DNA of 64,000 bases. Origin: Malacoraja senta. Taxonomy: Eukaryota. The position numbers and the translations under genes were made by a program. Every line of letters begins with the position of its first letter. Positions within the stretch are counted from its first letter, which is position 1. Location of the stretch: the NCBI GenBank assembly GCA_038087875.1, contig CM075993.1:10542001-10606000 (forward strand), in the 5' to 3' direction. Under the pieces are notes generated by a model. It was not told the DNA's origin, did no database searches, and saw only the letters and a list, made by a program, of their open reading frames with translations. Shown in pieces: positions 11,639-23,207 of the stretch.

Positions 11639-14160
11639 GTAAGTGGGCCAACAAAATTAACCCAACGGATCAGTTCAGTCATATTTGTTTTTTCTATTAC
11701 ACAGAATCAATAAGGCTGAATAATTAGTACACACTCACACTGGTGTAAACAATTCACAATAGGTGACCCTGTTTCCTGAATGACCTGTTATTACAACTGG
11801 GGATGTCCAGGCCTTTCCATGCGCTTCATGGATATAAAGCGTCACCTGGGATCGCTGCTCTTCCAGTTTTGGCCACCGATACTGGGAAGGCGAGTGAGTA
11901 AGAGGGAGGTGGCGGAGAGCAACTCCCAGCCAAGTTGCCGACACCAGCGAGGCCTTCTTCACCAGCTGCTGCACCGTATAGTTGACGCGGCTCACGGTGT
12001 AGCCCCTGCCGACAGCGCCTCCTTCAGGCTGCCGCCAGCGACACGTTACCGCTTCCCTGTTTTATATCATTAAATAATAATAATAATTCTTCCTGCACCT
12101 CCTCATGTTCTTGGGCAAACATCATTTGAACAGGTTACTTACAACTTGGCCAGTGTTTTTTAAAGCTTACAGACGTTCTCACAGCTTGGGGAGGCTGATG
12201 GGTGAACAGTTCTGGATCCATCTGTCATGGCAGTTCTCCATGGGTAAAGCAACTAAGGCACAAGAAGGTCACAGATGTTTGATGTTGGCCCTTTAAACGG
12301 CAGTTTCAGAAGAAACAGAGTTAGTGAAAGCTTGTTACTCTGTTAGTAACCTAACCGTGACCTCCTTGTGCCTCAGCTGCTTAACCCATGGTCACATTCA
12401 GCTTCTTAGCCTCAGGACCATTACAAGTTGCTGCTGCTCATCTCCACTGCATTTTGTCAGTCAATGCTGCATGAAGGATGTTTCTAAACTTCACGTTGAA
12501 GGTGAGAAAGCTTCATCCACTGAGACTCGAGGCTACAGAATCTGGAATCGTAAGCAAATAACAAAGTGCTGGAGGAACTCAGCGGGTCAGCCAGCATCTG
12601 TGGGAATGGATAGACGAAGTTTTGGGTCGAGACCCTTCTTCGGATTCCATGTTGCCTTGAACCCACAAGAGTGTTCGGAGGCACAGGCGCCTGTCACCTT
12701 GGCAACGGACATCCCCCGGTAACTTCCTGCCAGGAGTGCCTGTCTCTATTTCTGTGGGTCCTACAAGCCTGTTCTTCAGCAATCTATCTGTCCCTCCAAC
12801 ATTACTCCTCCCCCTCGCATCACTGCAGCATCCATTCATTCAGTAGCATTACTCCCCTGTGAATGGAAGAATTTGCATCCCATCAATAAAGCACGCTGCA
12901 CCTACATCAGTATCAACGCGGTACTTTGCAGGCTAGCTGGACACCATTCTGTGAATGTTGCAATTGGCACAACAGCTGGAGCTGCTGCCTCGTATCTCTA
13001 GTGAGCCGGGTTTGATCCTGACCTTGGGTACTGCCTGTACTCCCCGTCACACCATGGGTTTCCCTCAGGTGATCCAACTTCCTCCCACATCCCAAACATG
13101 TGCTGGTTAGTAGGTGAGTGGCTCCTGTAAATTGCCGTGGTAAGAGGATAAAAGTGGAGTTAATGGGTATAGAACGCAGAACATAGCCAGTACAGCACAG
13201 GCCCTTCGGCCCACAAAGTTTGCCAAGTTAAACTGATCTCATTTGCCTGTACATGATCCATATCCCTCTATTCCCTGCACTTCCACATCCCTATACAAAA
13301 TCCTTTTAAACACTTCTATCGTATCTGCCTCCAACACCACCCCTGGCAGTGCGTTCCAGGCACCCACTGCTCTATGCAGTGCCCCACACATCCCCATTAA
13401 ACTTTCCCCCTCTCAACTTATAGCTATGCCCTCTAGAGTTGGGCATTTGCACCCTTTGAAAAATATTCTGACTGTCCCCATTATCAATGTCTCACATAAT
13501 CATCGGCGACACGGTGGCGCACTGCTCTGGATTAGATTCCATTTGACATTTTACTGCTCTACTGACCAGACCATCTCCATCTTCCTACTGTTGAAGCTTT
13601 TCCTCCTCCCTGTCATTTTAACAACTCACTTTGACTACAGAAGAAGGGTCTCGACCCGAAACGTCACCCATTCCTTCTCTCCAGAGATGCTGCCTGTTAC
13701 TCCAGCATTTTGTGTCTGCCTTTGACTTCGTCACTGCTGGTCTTGACTTGGCCCTCTCTTTATCTGCAGTTCCATATTGCAGATTATTCTGATCCAGCGA
13801 GTCTGATTATAAATATTAGAAAATGTTCCTGATCGATAGGATGTTAGGATAACAAGATACACGTGACAATGTAATGTGGTGCAGTGAAAAGCTTGTGCAT
13901 GCTATCCAAATAGTTCAGATAATGGTATACTTAAATACAATAAAGCCAAACTCAAGTGCTATAGGTAGAGAAAAGGGAAAAATACAGAATATAGTTCTCA
14001 GCATTGTAGCGCATCGGTTCCATAGACAAAGCCTAATGTCCACAATGGGGTAGAGGTGAATCGGACAGTACCCTAGTTTATGGAAGCCTGATAAGAGAGG
14101 GATAGAACTTGTTCCTGAGTGTGGCTGTGGGTGCTTTCAAGCTTCTGTATGTGTATTCAG

Positions 14161-14466
14161 GTGGCTGCCGTTCGAGAGGGGATGTCTTGGATCATTCCTG
14201 TCCCGCTGCTGTCTCTCCTCACTGCTAAACAGTTAGAACAGATGGTTTGTGGGCTGCCGGAAATCTCTGTCGAAGTCCTGAAGAAAGTAGTGCGTTACCG
14301 GGAGGTGGATGAGCAGCATCAGCTGGCGCAGTGGTTCTGGAAGACGTTAGAGGAATTCTCCAACGAAGAGAGAGTCCTCTTCATGCGCTTTGTGTCGGGC
14401 AGATCCCGCTTGCCAGCCAACACGGCGGACATCTCGCAGCGGTTTCAGATTATGAAGGTTGACAGG
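14161..14466 (+). CDS. HERC1: HERC1 penultimate coding exon
   Basis: ttcag|GTG GCT GCC...GAC AGG|gtaag; VAAVREGMSWIIPVPLL...RFVSGRSRLP...KVDR; 306 bp. Confidence 0.97.
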
Positions 14467-15639
14467 GTAAGAGCTTTTCATTCTCTCAGCAGAGAGGCTG
14501 CTTTATTTCAGCTATGCTGTACTGATGATCTGCCTGATGACGGGTGGAAGCACATTGGTTCTTTCCAGTGGCCCCATAGGGAAGGACTGCTGGCGACGTT
14601 GTCATCGGGAGTTAGCTCGTTGCTGGCCTCTGCACTACGCATTGAAATGCGGAAATCAGAGCTAAGTTGGAGCTCGGCCACTGGTGACTCGAGCGGCCGA
14701 GTCCAGCAATGAAACGCAAACATCCTGAGCCGAGGGGCCGAATGGAGCTCAACACATCTGGTCCCTCAGCGCCAGGGCAGCCACAGCTGCTGTAAGTAGC
14801 ATGAATGCATTCATTTGTTTGGGGTTCTAGCCTTAATTAAAAAGGTAAGTGCAGGCAAATAAATTGTTAGTTTATTTGCCTAATTTCTCATTAAAGATAA
14901 AGTCATTAAAACCACAAAGTATTTTAAGTAATTCTTTCAAAAATTGTCATTGACATGTGAAGAGGCATCGGCTCATTCAGGTAACGAACCTGAGGGCCTG
15001 TCGCTGTTCACAGTGTGTTCCACTTCAAGCAGAAGTGGTCCCACACCCATCAACCATGCAGAGCCACAAAGCACGGCCGTTGGGTGGCTGGCAGATGGAG
15101 TACAACCCAGTCCAATGCAGGGATAGGATGGTCAACACGTCTACCTCATACTACATGGAGTCACACTGACCAGTGTCCCATCATCATGCGTGTAATGCGC
15201 ACTCCTGACAGTGGTGCTTTAGTTGATATTCGTCGTTGTTCTAAGTGACTGGAGCTGTGCAGGGGCAAGCATGGGAGGCCCATTAACTATCAACATGCCA
15301 TCGGTAATTTGGAAGCTTGATTTAAAGAGTAGGATAAAAGTCTTGCTCAGCCATTGAGTATGGCTTATCCTGTGTTTTGCTAGCTTTCCCGTCCAATTTC
15401 CTTAGAATCCAAAGATCTATCAGTCGTAGCATTCGATATTCTCAGCCATTAAGGCAGGATTCCAAAAAGCAACATCCCTCAAGGTTAAGAAGTATTGTCT
15501 TATCTCGGTTCTGAATTGCAGTGTGACCCTGGTCCACGGACTCTCCAGCCTAAGGAAGAAGCCTCCCACAATCTCATGTCACTGTGAATCGCCTTTCACT
15601 CTTCTAAATTCTAGCAAATGTAAGACACAAAGATCACTC

Positions 15640-16450
15640 ATTCGCATCTCCTCTGTGCCCCATAGTTCTGCTCTCGCTGCCCCGCTGCCAGTCAGGAAAA
15701 GGATAGAGTTCCCTGTTTTTTTTATCCACATACAACACATCTTTCTCCCACATTTCTGTCATCTCCAACACGATCTCGCCACAGGTCGCATCTTCTCTTC
15801 CTCACTCCTTTCTGTCTTCTGCAGAGATCGCTGTCTCCACAACTCACTCACCCAAACCACCCCGTCCCCAGGTAATTTCCACTGCAACCACAGATGTAAC
15901 CCCCCTGCCAGACCACCTCCCACACATGCATCCAGGAACCCCAGCAGACCTTCCATGTGAGACAGAGGTTCACGTGCACCTCCTCTAACCTTATCTACTG
16001 CATTCGGTGTTGCCAATGTGGCGTCCTGTACATTGGCGAGACCAAGCGTAGACTCGAAGACTGTTTCACCGAACACTTGCACTCGATTCATCAAGGATGT
16101 TGGATCTCCCAGTTTCTAACCATTTTAATTCCCCTTCCCATTCTCATACTGACCTTTGTTTCCTGGGCCTCCTCCATTGCCAGAGTGAGGCCACACGCAA
16201 ACTGGAGGAACAGCACCTCATTTTCCATTTGGGTACCTCATGTCCGGCCATTGTACAATCATCTGACTATCAAAATAAGCCCACACACGTATCCACCTAT
16301 TACTCAACAGGCTTTGTCGTGCCTCTCCTCTCTTCCAGCTTTCTTGTCCCCCACCCCCATGATAACACAATGCAGAAGGGTCCCGGCCCAAAACGTCGCC
16401 TATCCATGTTCTCCAGAGATGCTGCCTGACCAGCTGAGTTATTATTCCAA
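15640..16450 (+). mobile_element. Penelope-like GIY-YIG fragment
   Basis: RQRFTCTSSNLIYCIRCCQCGVLYIGETKRRLEDCFTEH...RKLEEQHLIFHLGT. Confidence 0.85.
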
Positions 16451-17421
16451 CACTGCATCTTTTCCAGAAAATGTCAGCCAGCCTCTCTCAACTTCTCATA
16501 AATTAACCCGCGCAGGCTAATGGAACACTTTTGTGCCGGTGTCCATATACCAGATTCTACCAAAGTATCAATGTTACTTTTCTCATTCTAGCTGGTATCT
16601 GATAAACTTTACCCATGTGCATGAGGGAGGGCGTACTCTAGTTTAGAATCCTCTGCCCAGGGGATAAGTCTGTGTTTGTTCATTTGTTCCGGTGAAGGCG
16701 CTGTGCACACGGCAGCCAGACAACAGTCATTTGTCTTTTTCTTTTAATTTCAAGTTTTTGTGTACCTTGTGTGTTGTGACTGTCGGCAGATGAATCTCCC
16801 TCCGGAGATGAATGAAATTTATCGTATTATCGGTAAACTGGCGTTATTGTATTATTGATCAAAGTCGAACGCACTCCAGAAATGTTCAATTGACCGTCAC
16901 AATAAATGTTGTCTCTTTAAGAGAAAGAAACAAGGACTGGAACAGCTTTACGTTCTGATGTAGCAATTTTCAGTGACAATCAACATATCTTTGTCCCTAG
17001 AATTAATAGAAAGATACAGCATGGCTACAGGTCCTTCAGCATACCGAGTCCACGCCAACCATCCAATGTTATCCCACTTTCACATCCACTCCCTGCACAC
17101 TAGGGACAATTCACACAGGCCAATTAACCTACAAACCCGCACATCATTGCGATGTAAGAGGAAACAGAAGCACCCAGACGAAACACACAGGGAGAACGTG
17201 CAGGCACCACACAGACAGCTCCCAAGGTCAGGATCGAACCCGGGTCTCTGGCGCTGTGCAGTGGGAAACTCATTTCTTACAGTGGAAATGAACCCCATGA
17301 GCTCCACCGTGCCACTCCGATGAACTAACAGTATTGTGGTTTGATCGAGTAGTTTATTTTGATGATGTTTGTTTTACTCGGTTTCTGAACCCTCACCATC
17401 CTCTGTCTCTTCCCTACACAG

Positions 17422-17607
17422 CCTTATGACAGTTTGCCTACCTCACAAACCTGCTTCTTCCAGCTGCGGCTGCCGCCGTACTCCAGCCAGTCCGTCATGG
17501 CTGAACGACTGCGCTACGCTATCAACAACTGCAGGTCCATCGACATGGACAACTACATGTTGTCCCGCAATGTGGACAACACAGAAGGCTCCGACACAGA
17601 TTACTGA
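17422..17607 (+). CDS. HERC1: HERC1 final coding exon with HECT catalytic Cys
   Basis: acag|CCT TAT GAC; PYDSLPTSQTCFFQLRLPPYSSQSVMAERLRYAINNCRSIDMDNYMLSRNVDNTEGSDTDY* (TGA 17605-17607). Confidence 0.97.
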   Translation, partial: PYDSLPTSQTCFFQLRLPPYSSQSVMAERLRYAINNCRSIDMDNYMLSRNVDNTEGSDTDY

Positions 17608-18064
17608 TACTCCAAACAAAAACGACTGCACTGGGAGCTACAGTGAGTGAGCCTTCTGCTATTGTATGTGAACGTGACTACTGCAGTTTAGTGAGAAGCC
17701 CAGAAAATTTTAATTGTATATGTACTTGAAGAAAAATGAATGTGATTGACAAATGTTATTGTTTGAATTTTAATTTCAACTATAAACAGGTTTAAGAAAA
17801 AAAAATGCAATTCTCCTCCTGGTTTTGTTCCTTTTTTGTTCAGTTTTGGATAAGTTTGCATGGAGATAATTTGGTGCATTTCTGAGAATGGTATAAATGA
17901 TCCCTCCCAGCGTTAGAGGGCTACAAAATTACAGTTTAAAAGAAAATGTACATTGTGTATAATTGTTCATGAGGGAGAGCAATTTTACATAAATATTCTT
18001 ATATTTATTTTTGTTTTCTTTTGAATTGCCTGTGCTGAGTTTCCCATCAGACGTACATCAGAAG

Positions 18065-18070
18065 AATAAA
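18065..18070 (+). promoter_or_regulatory. Probable HERC1 polyadenylation signal
   Basis: AATAAA about 460 bp after the stop, ending an AT-rich repeat-free 3' UTR and followed by T/GT-rich sequence. Confidence 0.6.
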
Positions 18071-20199
18071 ACATTAATTTAAAGCCACTTGTTTGTACTA
18101 ATTGTCATCGTTCCAATTAATAACATAGAATCTCAATGTTATTTTCCCGCCAGAAGAAATATTTTGATTTTGTACTGATTTTATTTTTTGTTTGCAACAT
18201 GACGTAGAGGAGATGCTAAAATAGAGAATGATCTCATGATATTTGGAGGGCGTGTTATGAGGTGCCCGTTAAATTTAGAGCAAAATGCGAAGTGCTGGAG
18301 AAACTCAACGCGTCCGGCAGCATCTGCGGGAAGGAATTGACAGGCAATGTTTCAGGTGGGGACTTAAATTTAGTTCCACGTCTAGATTTCAATACATCCT
18401 GTTTGAATTTGCTCATCACACTCTCAATTAAAAATCTCATCCACAATAGTCACTTTATTTTCCGGCTCTGTTTTATAATTTAATTTGAGTTCACAAGTTT
18501 ATCTGTAAACAGTTCAATTTTCAATAAAATGACACATGCCACTTCCACTTCCAACTCCCACCTAGAGTGGATGTGTCCTTATCTGGCATTCTGCACTTCA
18601 ATGATGTGTCTTGCTGGGAGCTTGTGGTGGCACAGTGGGTGTCTGTGTTGCAAGGATTCTGTATCTTACCTCCCGGTTCTGATGGCTCTCTTTACATCCA
18701 ATAATATGCAGACATCATGGTGAGCCAGAGAATGGTAAATGTGAATCTATTTGGTATCAATTATATTCACAGTCAAATGCCACACCACTAGCAGCAGGAA
18801 ATTGTTTCCCAATCTTCTGCCGTTTAGTTTACAATGGATGTAAATGTTCCCCGGTTCTCATTCTGAAACTGGATCCGGCATTACTGCCCAAAGGCTCCTC
18901 TAATATCTTTGTTACTGCCTGTCCTAACCATCCTCAAGGAGGTGATGGTGAGCCAAAGTCTTGAATTCTCACCTGATTGTCAAATGTAAGGCCTGTAACA
19001 GGGTGGTCTTGGGAGCTGCAAGTCGGCAATAAAAATAGAAGAGAAAAAATAGTGAATGTTGGAAATATGAGAGGCAAACCTGAAATGGTTGAATTCCCCG
19101 TGATAATCAGCCTTGTATTTAGTTTAATGCTGGCGTAACTCAGCGAGACGGGCATCTCTGGAGAGAGGGAATGGGTGACGTTTCGGATCAAGATCCTTTT
19201 CAGACTGAGGAAGGGTCTTGACCCAAAACATCACCCATTCTTCTCTCCAGAGATGCTACCACTCCAGCATTTTGTGTCTATTTTCGGTAGAGCAGCATCT
19301 GCAGTTCCTTCCGACACATTGTATTTAGTTTAGTTTATGTGCTGATGTACAGTGACAGGCTTTTTGTTGTATGCTATTCAGTCAGCAAAAAGACTATATG
19401 TGATTAGTCAAGTCGGCCACAGTGCAGATCCAGGATAAAGAGAATAACGCTTAGAGCAAGATAAAATGTAATTGTAAAACAGAATCCAGTCTCAAGTTCC
19501 AACACATTTTCTGAAAATATTCTGCATCAAGAATAAAACAAGTTTATTTTTCACATCATAGCGTACCAAGTAACTCAGTGGGTCAAGCAACATTGCTAGA
19601 GGAGTATGCACCTATCACTTGCCAGGCTTTGTCCCACAGTCAGTCAGAAAAATCCCAACCCCAAACATCGCCAATCCATATTCTCCAGCGATGCTGCCTG
19701 ACCCGCTGAGTTACCCCAGCAATTTGTTTTACTCAGGATTCCAGCATCTGCAGTTCCTTGTGTCGCGCCTTTATGTTCAAATTTACAGGAAAGGCATTTA
19801 ATCATTTACTTGATCAGGATTTCAGGGTTCAGCCTGAAATAGATGAGGATGGGCCTCGATGTGGAGGCTGTTTCCACGAGTGGAAGAGTCCAGGACTAGA
19901 GGTCTAGCCTCAGAATTAAAGGACGTTCCTTTAGGAAGGAGATGAGAAAGAATTTATTTAGTCAGAGGGTGGTGAATCTGTAGAATTTTTTGCCACAGAA
20001 GGATGTGGAGACCAAGTCAATGGATATTATTAAGGCAGAGATAAATAGATTCTTGATTAATATGGGTATCAGAGGTTATGGGGAGAAGGCAGGAGACAGA
20101 GATAGATCAGTCATGATTGAATGGCAGAGTAGACTTGATGGGCTGAATGGCCTAAATCTGCTCCTATCATTTATGACCTTATGAAATAAATGGCTTGTC

Positions 20200-20348
20200 C
20201 TTGTGATTTTTCCCCCCTCAATGGCAGGGCACCATGTCACATCACCTCAATGAATCCAGACATTAGTGGCTGAAAACTAAGGCACTTTTCCGGTGTCAGT
20301 CAGGTTCCCATAGCAGCAGATGAAGTACTTCAGAAGTGTTGTTAATGT
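20200..20348 (-). pseudogene. Probable next exon of the HAUS6-like pseudogene
   Basis: Good acceptor ccttactttcag|; phase compatible with donor at 23208; ~148 bp with several stops; weak similarity (CLDSLR*CDMV vs FLQILQRQDCV); donor degenerate. Confidence 0.4.
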
Positions 20349-20532
20349 CTGAAAGTAAGGTAAGTAGAGGCCAAATTGTCACAAGAGTCAAGAGTGTTTT
20401 ATTGTCATATGTCCCAGATAGAACAAGGAAATTCTTCATTGCAGCAGCACAACAGAATGTGTAAACATAGTACAGTGTAAACAATATAATAAACAAGTAC
20501 AAAGTTCAGTTCAGTGTGTGTACACATACTTA

Positions 20533-21900
20533 CATTGTCCTCCAGAATGTTTGGGACAAAGACCCAGCATTTATTTATTTGCCTCTGTACTCCACAATTT
20601 GAGATTTGTAATAGAAAAAAAATCACATGTGGTTAAAAGTTCACATTGTCAGATTTTATTAAAGGGTATTTTAATACATTTTGGTTTCACCATGTAGAAA
20701 TTACAGCAGTGTTTATACATAGTCCTCCATTTCAAGGTACCACAATGTTTGGGACACAGCAATGTCATGTTTAGTATTTTGTTTCATATCCTTTGCATGC
20801 AATGACTGCTTGAAGTCTGCGATTCATGGACATCACCAGTTGCTGGGTGTCTTCTCTGGTGATGCTCTGCCAGGCCTGTATTGCAGCCATCTTTAGCTTA
20901 TGCTTGTTTTGGGGGCTAGTCCCCTTCAGTTTTCTCTTCAGCATATAAAAGGCATGCTCAATTGGGTTCAGATTAGGTGATTGACTTGGCCACTCAAGAA
21001 TTGACCCTTTTTTAGCTTTGAAAAACTCCTTTGTTGCTTTAGCAGTATGTTTGGGATCATTGTCTTGCTGTAGAATGAACCGCCGGCCAATGAGTTTTGA
21101 GGCATTTGTTTGAACGAGCAGGATGTGTCTATACACTTCAGAATTCATTATGCTACTACCGTCAGCAGTTGTATCAATAATGAAGATAAGTGAGCCAGTA
21201 CCTTCAGCAGCCATACATGCCCTGGCCATAACACCCCCACCACCGTGTTTCACAGATGAGGCGGCATTTTTGGATCTTGGGCAGTTCCTTCTCTCCTCCA
21301 TACTTTGTTCTTGCCATCACTCTGATATAAGTTAATCTTCGTCTCATCTGTCCACAAGACCTTTTCCAGAATTGTGGTTGTTTTTTTATGTACTTCTTGG
21401 CAAACTAACCTGGCCATCCTATTTTTGCAGCTAACCAGTGGTTTACATCTTGCAGTGTAGCCTCTGTATTTGTGTTCATGAAGTCTTCTGCGGACAATGG
21501 TCATTGACAAATCCACACCTGACTCCTGAAGAGTGTTTCTGATCTGTCGGACAGGTGTTTGGGGATTTTTCTATATTATTGAGAGAATTCTTCTGTCATC
21601 AGCTGTGGAGGTCTTCCTTGGCCTGCCAGTCCCTTTGCGATTAGTAAGCTCACCAGTGCTACTACAGTCAGCAGTTGTATACTTACATTGTCCTCCATAA
21701 TGTTTGGGACAAAGACCCATCATTTATTTATTTGCCTCTGTACTCCACAATTTGAGATTTGTAATAGAAATTGTGTTCTTAATGATGTTCCAAACAGTTG
21801 ATTTTGGTAAGCCTAAGGTTTGGCTGATGTCTCTAACAGTTTTATTTTTGTTTCCCAGTCTCATAATGGCTTCTTTGACTTTCATTAGCACAACTTTGGA
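20533..21900 (-). mobile_element. Tc1 (DD34E) transposon, IR/DR type, decayed and truncated at its 5' side
   Basis: Frameshifted transposase: HTH (KTVRDISQTLGLPKSTVW), VLWTDETKI, QQDNDPKH-34-SPNLNPIE; TIR starts after TA at 20531-20532 and has direct repeats AATGTTTGGGACA near 20546 and 20744. Confidence 0.9.
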
Positions 21901-21904
21901 AAAT

Positions 21905-23005
21905 TTAAAAAGCGGGCCTTGCAATGACTGCATCTCCCAGCGGGCCTCCAGTAGGATGACGCATGTTCCCTCTCCAGGACGTAAGCCTGGAAAAGGGGCA
22001 GGCAGCCTACCCCGGTGTGGCCGTCGACTACCTGTTGCTTGGACCCGCGAATGGCCCTCTTGGCCAGGTCCAGGAGCAGACCGACAGGGAGACTCCCCTT
22101 TCCCTCCAGACCCTCTCCTCTCTGTGCCCAATATCAGGTGCCTGGGGCAAAAATGTAGCCAATGCTTGAGGAGCAGTACCTTCAGATAGTCGAACAGGGG
22201 CTGCAACCTCTCACACTGCACGTACAAATGAAACACGGTCTCTTCCTCGCCGCAGAAGTGACAGGCGGCTGGCGATTCCGTGAACCGGCTCAAGTACCTG
22301 TTACAGGCCACAGCCATGTGCAACACTCTCCACCCCAGGTCCCCGATGTAAAAGGGGAAGACTCCCTTATAGAGAGACCTCCATTGGGGACCGCTCCTGC
22401 GGTCAGGTGGTAGCAAGGGCGTGTCAGGACGGAGGGCGAGGAAGTGTAGAGTGTGCAGGAGCAGCCTGCACAGTACGTGCCTCTCAGCGTCACAGAACGG
22501 CACGCTGGGCATCTCGGAAAGGCGGTTAATGCTGCCTGGGGCCGGCTCTCGGGAAGGGACCCGGGCCGTGGGTCCTATGAGCAATTCCGAAGGAGCTGGG
22601 ATAAGCTCGGCCGGAATTGCTCCACGCACACGCCTCTCCTCGATACCCACCTTGACAGGGTGAGGACCGGCCACCCTCGTAGCCACAACACCCTCCCCCC
22701 CTGAGGAGCAGCGCCCTGGCTGAAGGTGACCAGATTCCTGGCTTTAAGTAGATCACGATAAAAGCCCTGCATGTCGACTGATGCCCGCTGCCGGGAGTTC
22801 TGTGCCCTCCTGGTGACAGTGCCCTGGCAGAAAAAATACATCGCCAGCGCATGCCATCTAAGAGGACACTCGGAATACATATACCTCCGCAGGGTCCTGA
22901 GACAGAGAACTGCCACCTGGGTACGGACGCAAACCAGCGCCTGACTGCCCGCCTTCAACGGGAGACTCAGAACCCCAGTAGAGACCCAATGATTCCTCTG
23001 CATGG
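21905..23005 (-). mobile_element. Tx1/L1-clade non-LTR retrotransposon ORF2 C-terminal fragment
   Basis: HWVSTGVLSLPLKAGSQALV (post-RT) and zf-RVT-like WRVLH...CHFCGEEETVFHLYVQC; GC-rich; frameshifted. Confidence 0.8.
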
Positions 23006-23112
23006 CCCACTGGGAGTTGTAGTGTGCCGCAAGGCCCGCTGGGAGCTGTAGTGTGCCGCAAGGCCCGCTGGGAGCTGTAGTCATTGCAAGGCCCGCAGGG
23101 AATTGTAGTCCT
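23003..23112. repeat. Four ~29-bp tandem units each with ACTACA(A/G)(C/T)TCCC
   Basis: GGGAGTTGTAGT, GGGAGCTGTAGT x2 and GGGAATTGTAGT at ~23012, 23041, 23070 and 23098. Confidence 0.85.
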
Positions 23113-23207
23113 GCATGGAGGCACGCTGAGAGGCACGCTAAAAATTATTTACAGTATATACACAATTATTTACAATATATACAGTCTAGCCCAACATAAT
23201 CACTTAC

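Noticed and set aside
14119..14712. 197-aa single-exon ORF
   Set aside because: It is the HERC1 exon 14161-14466 plus intronic read-through on both sides
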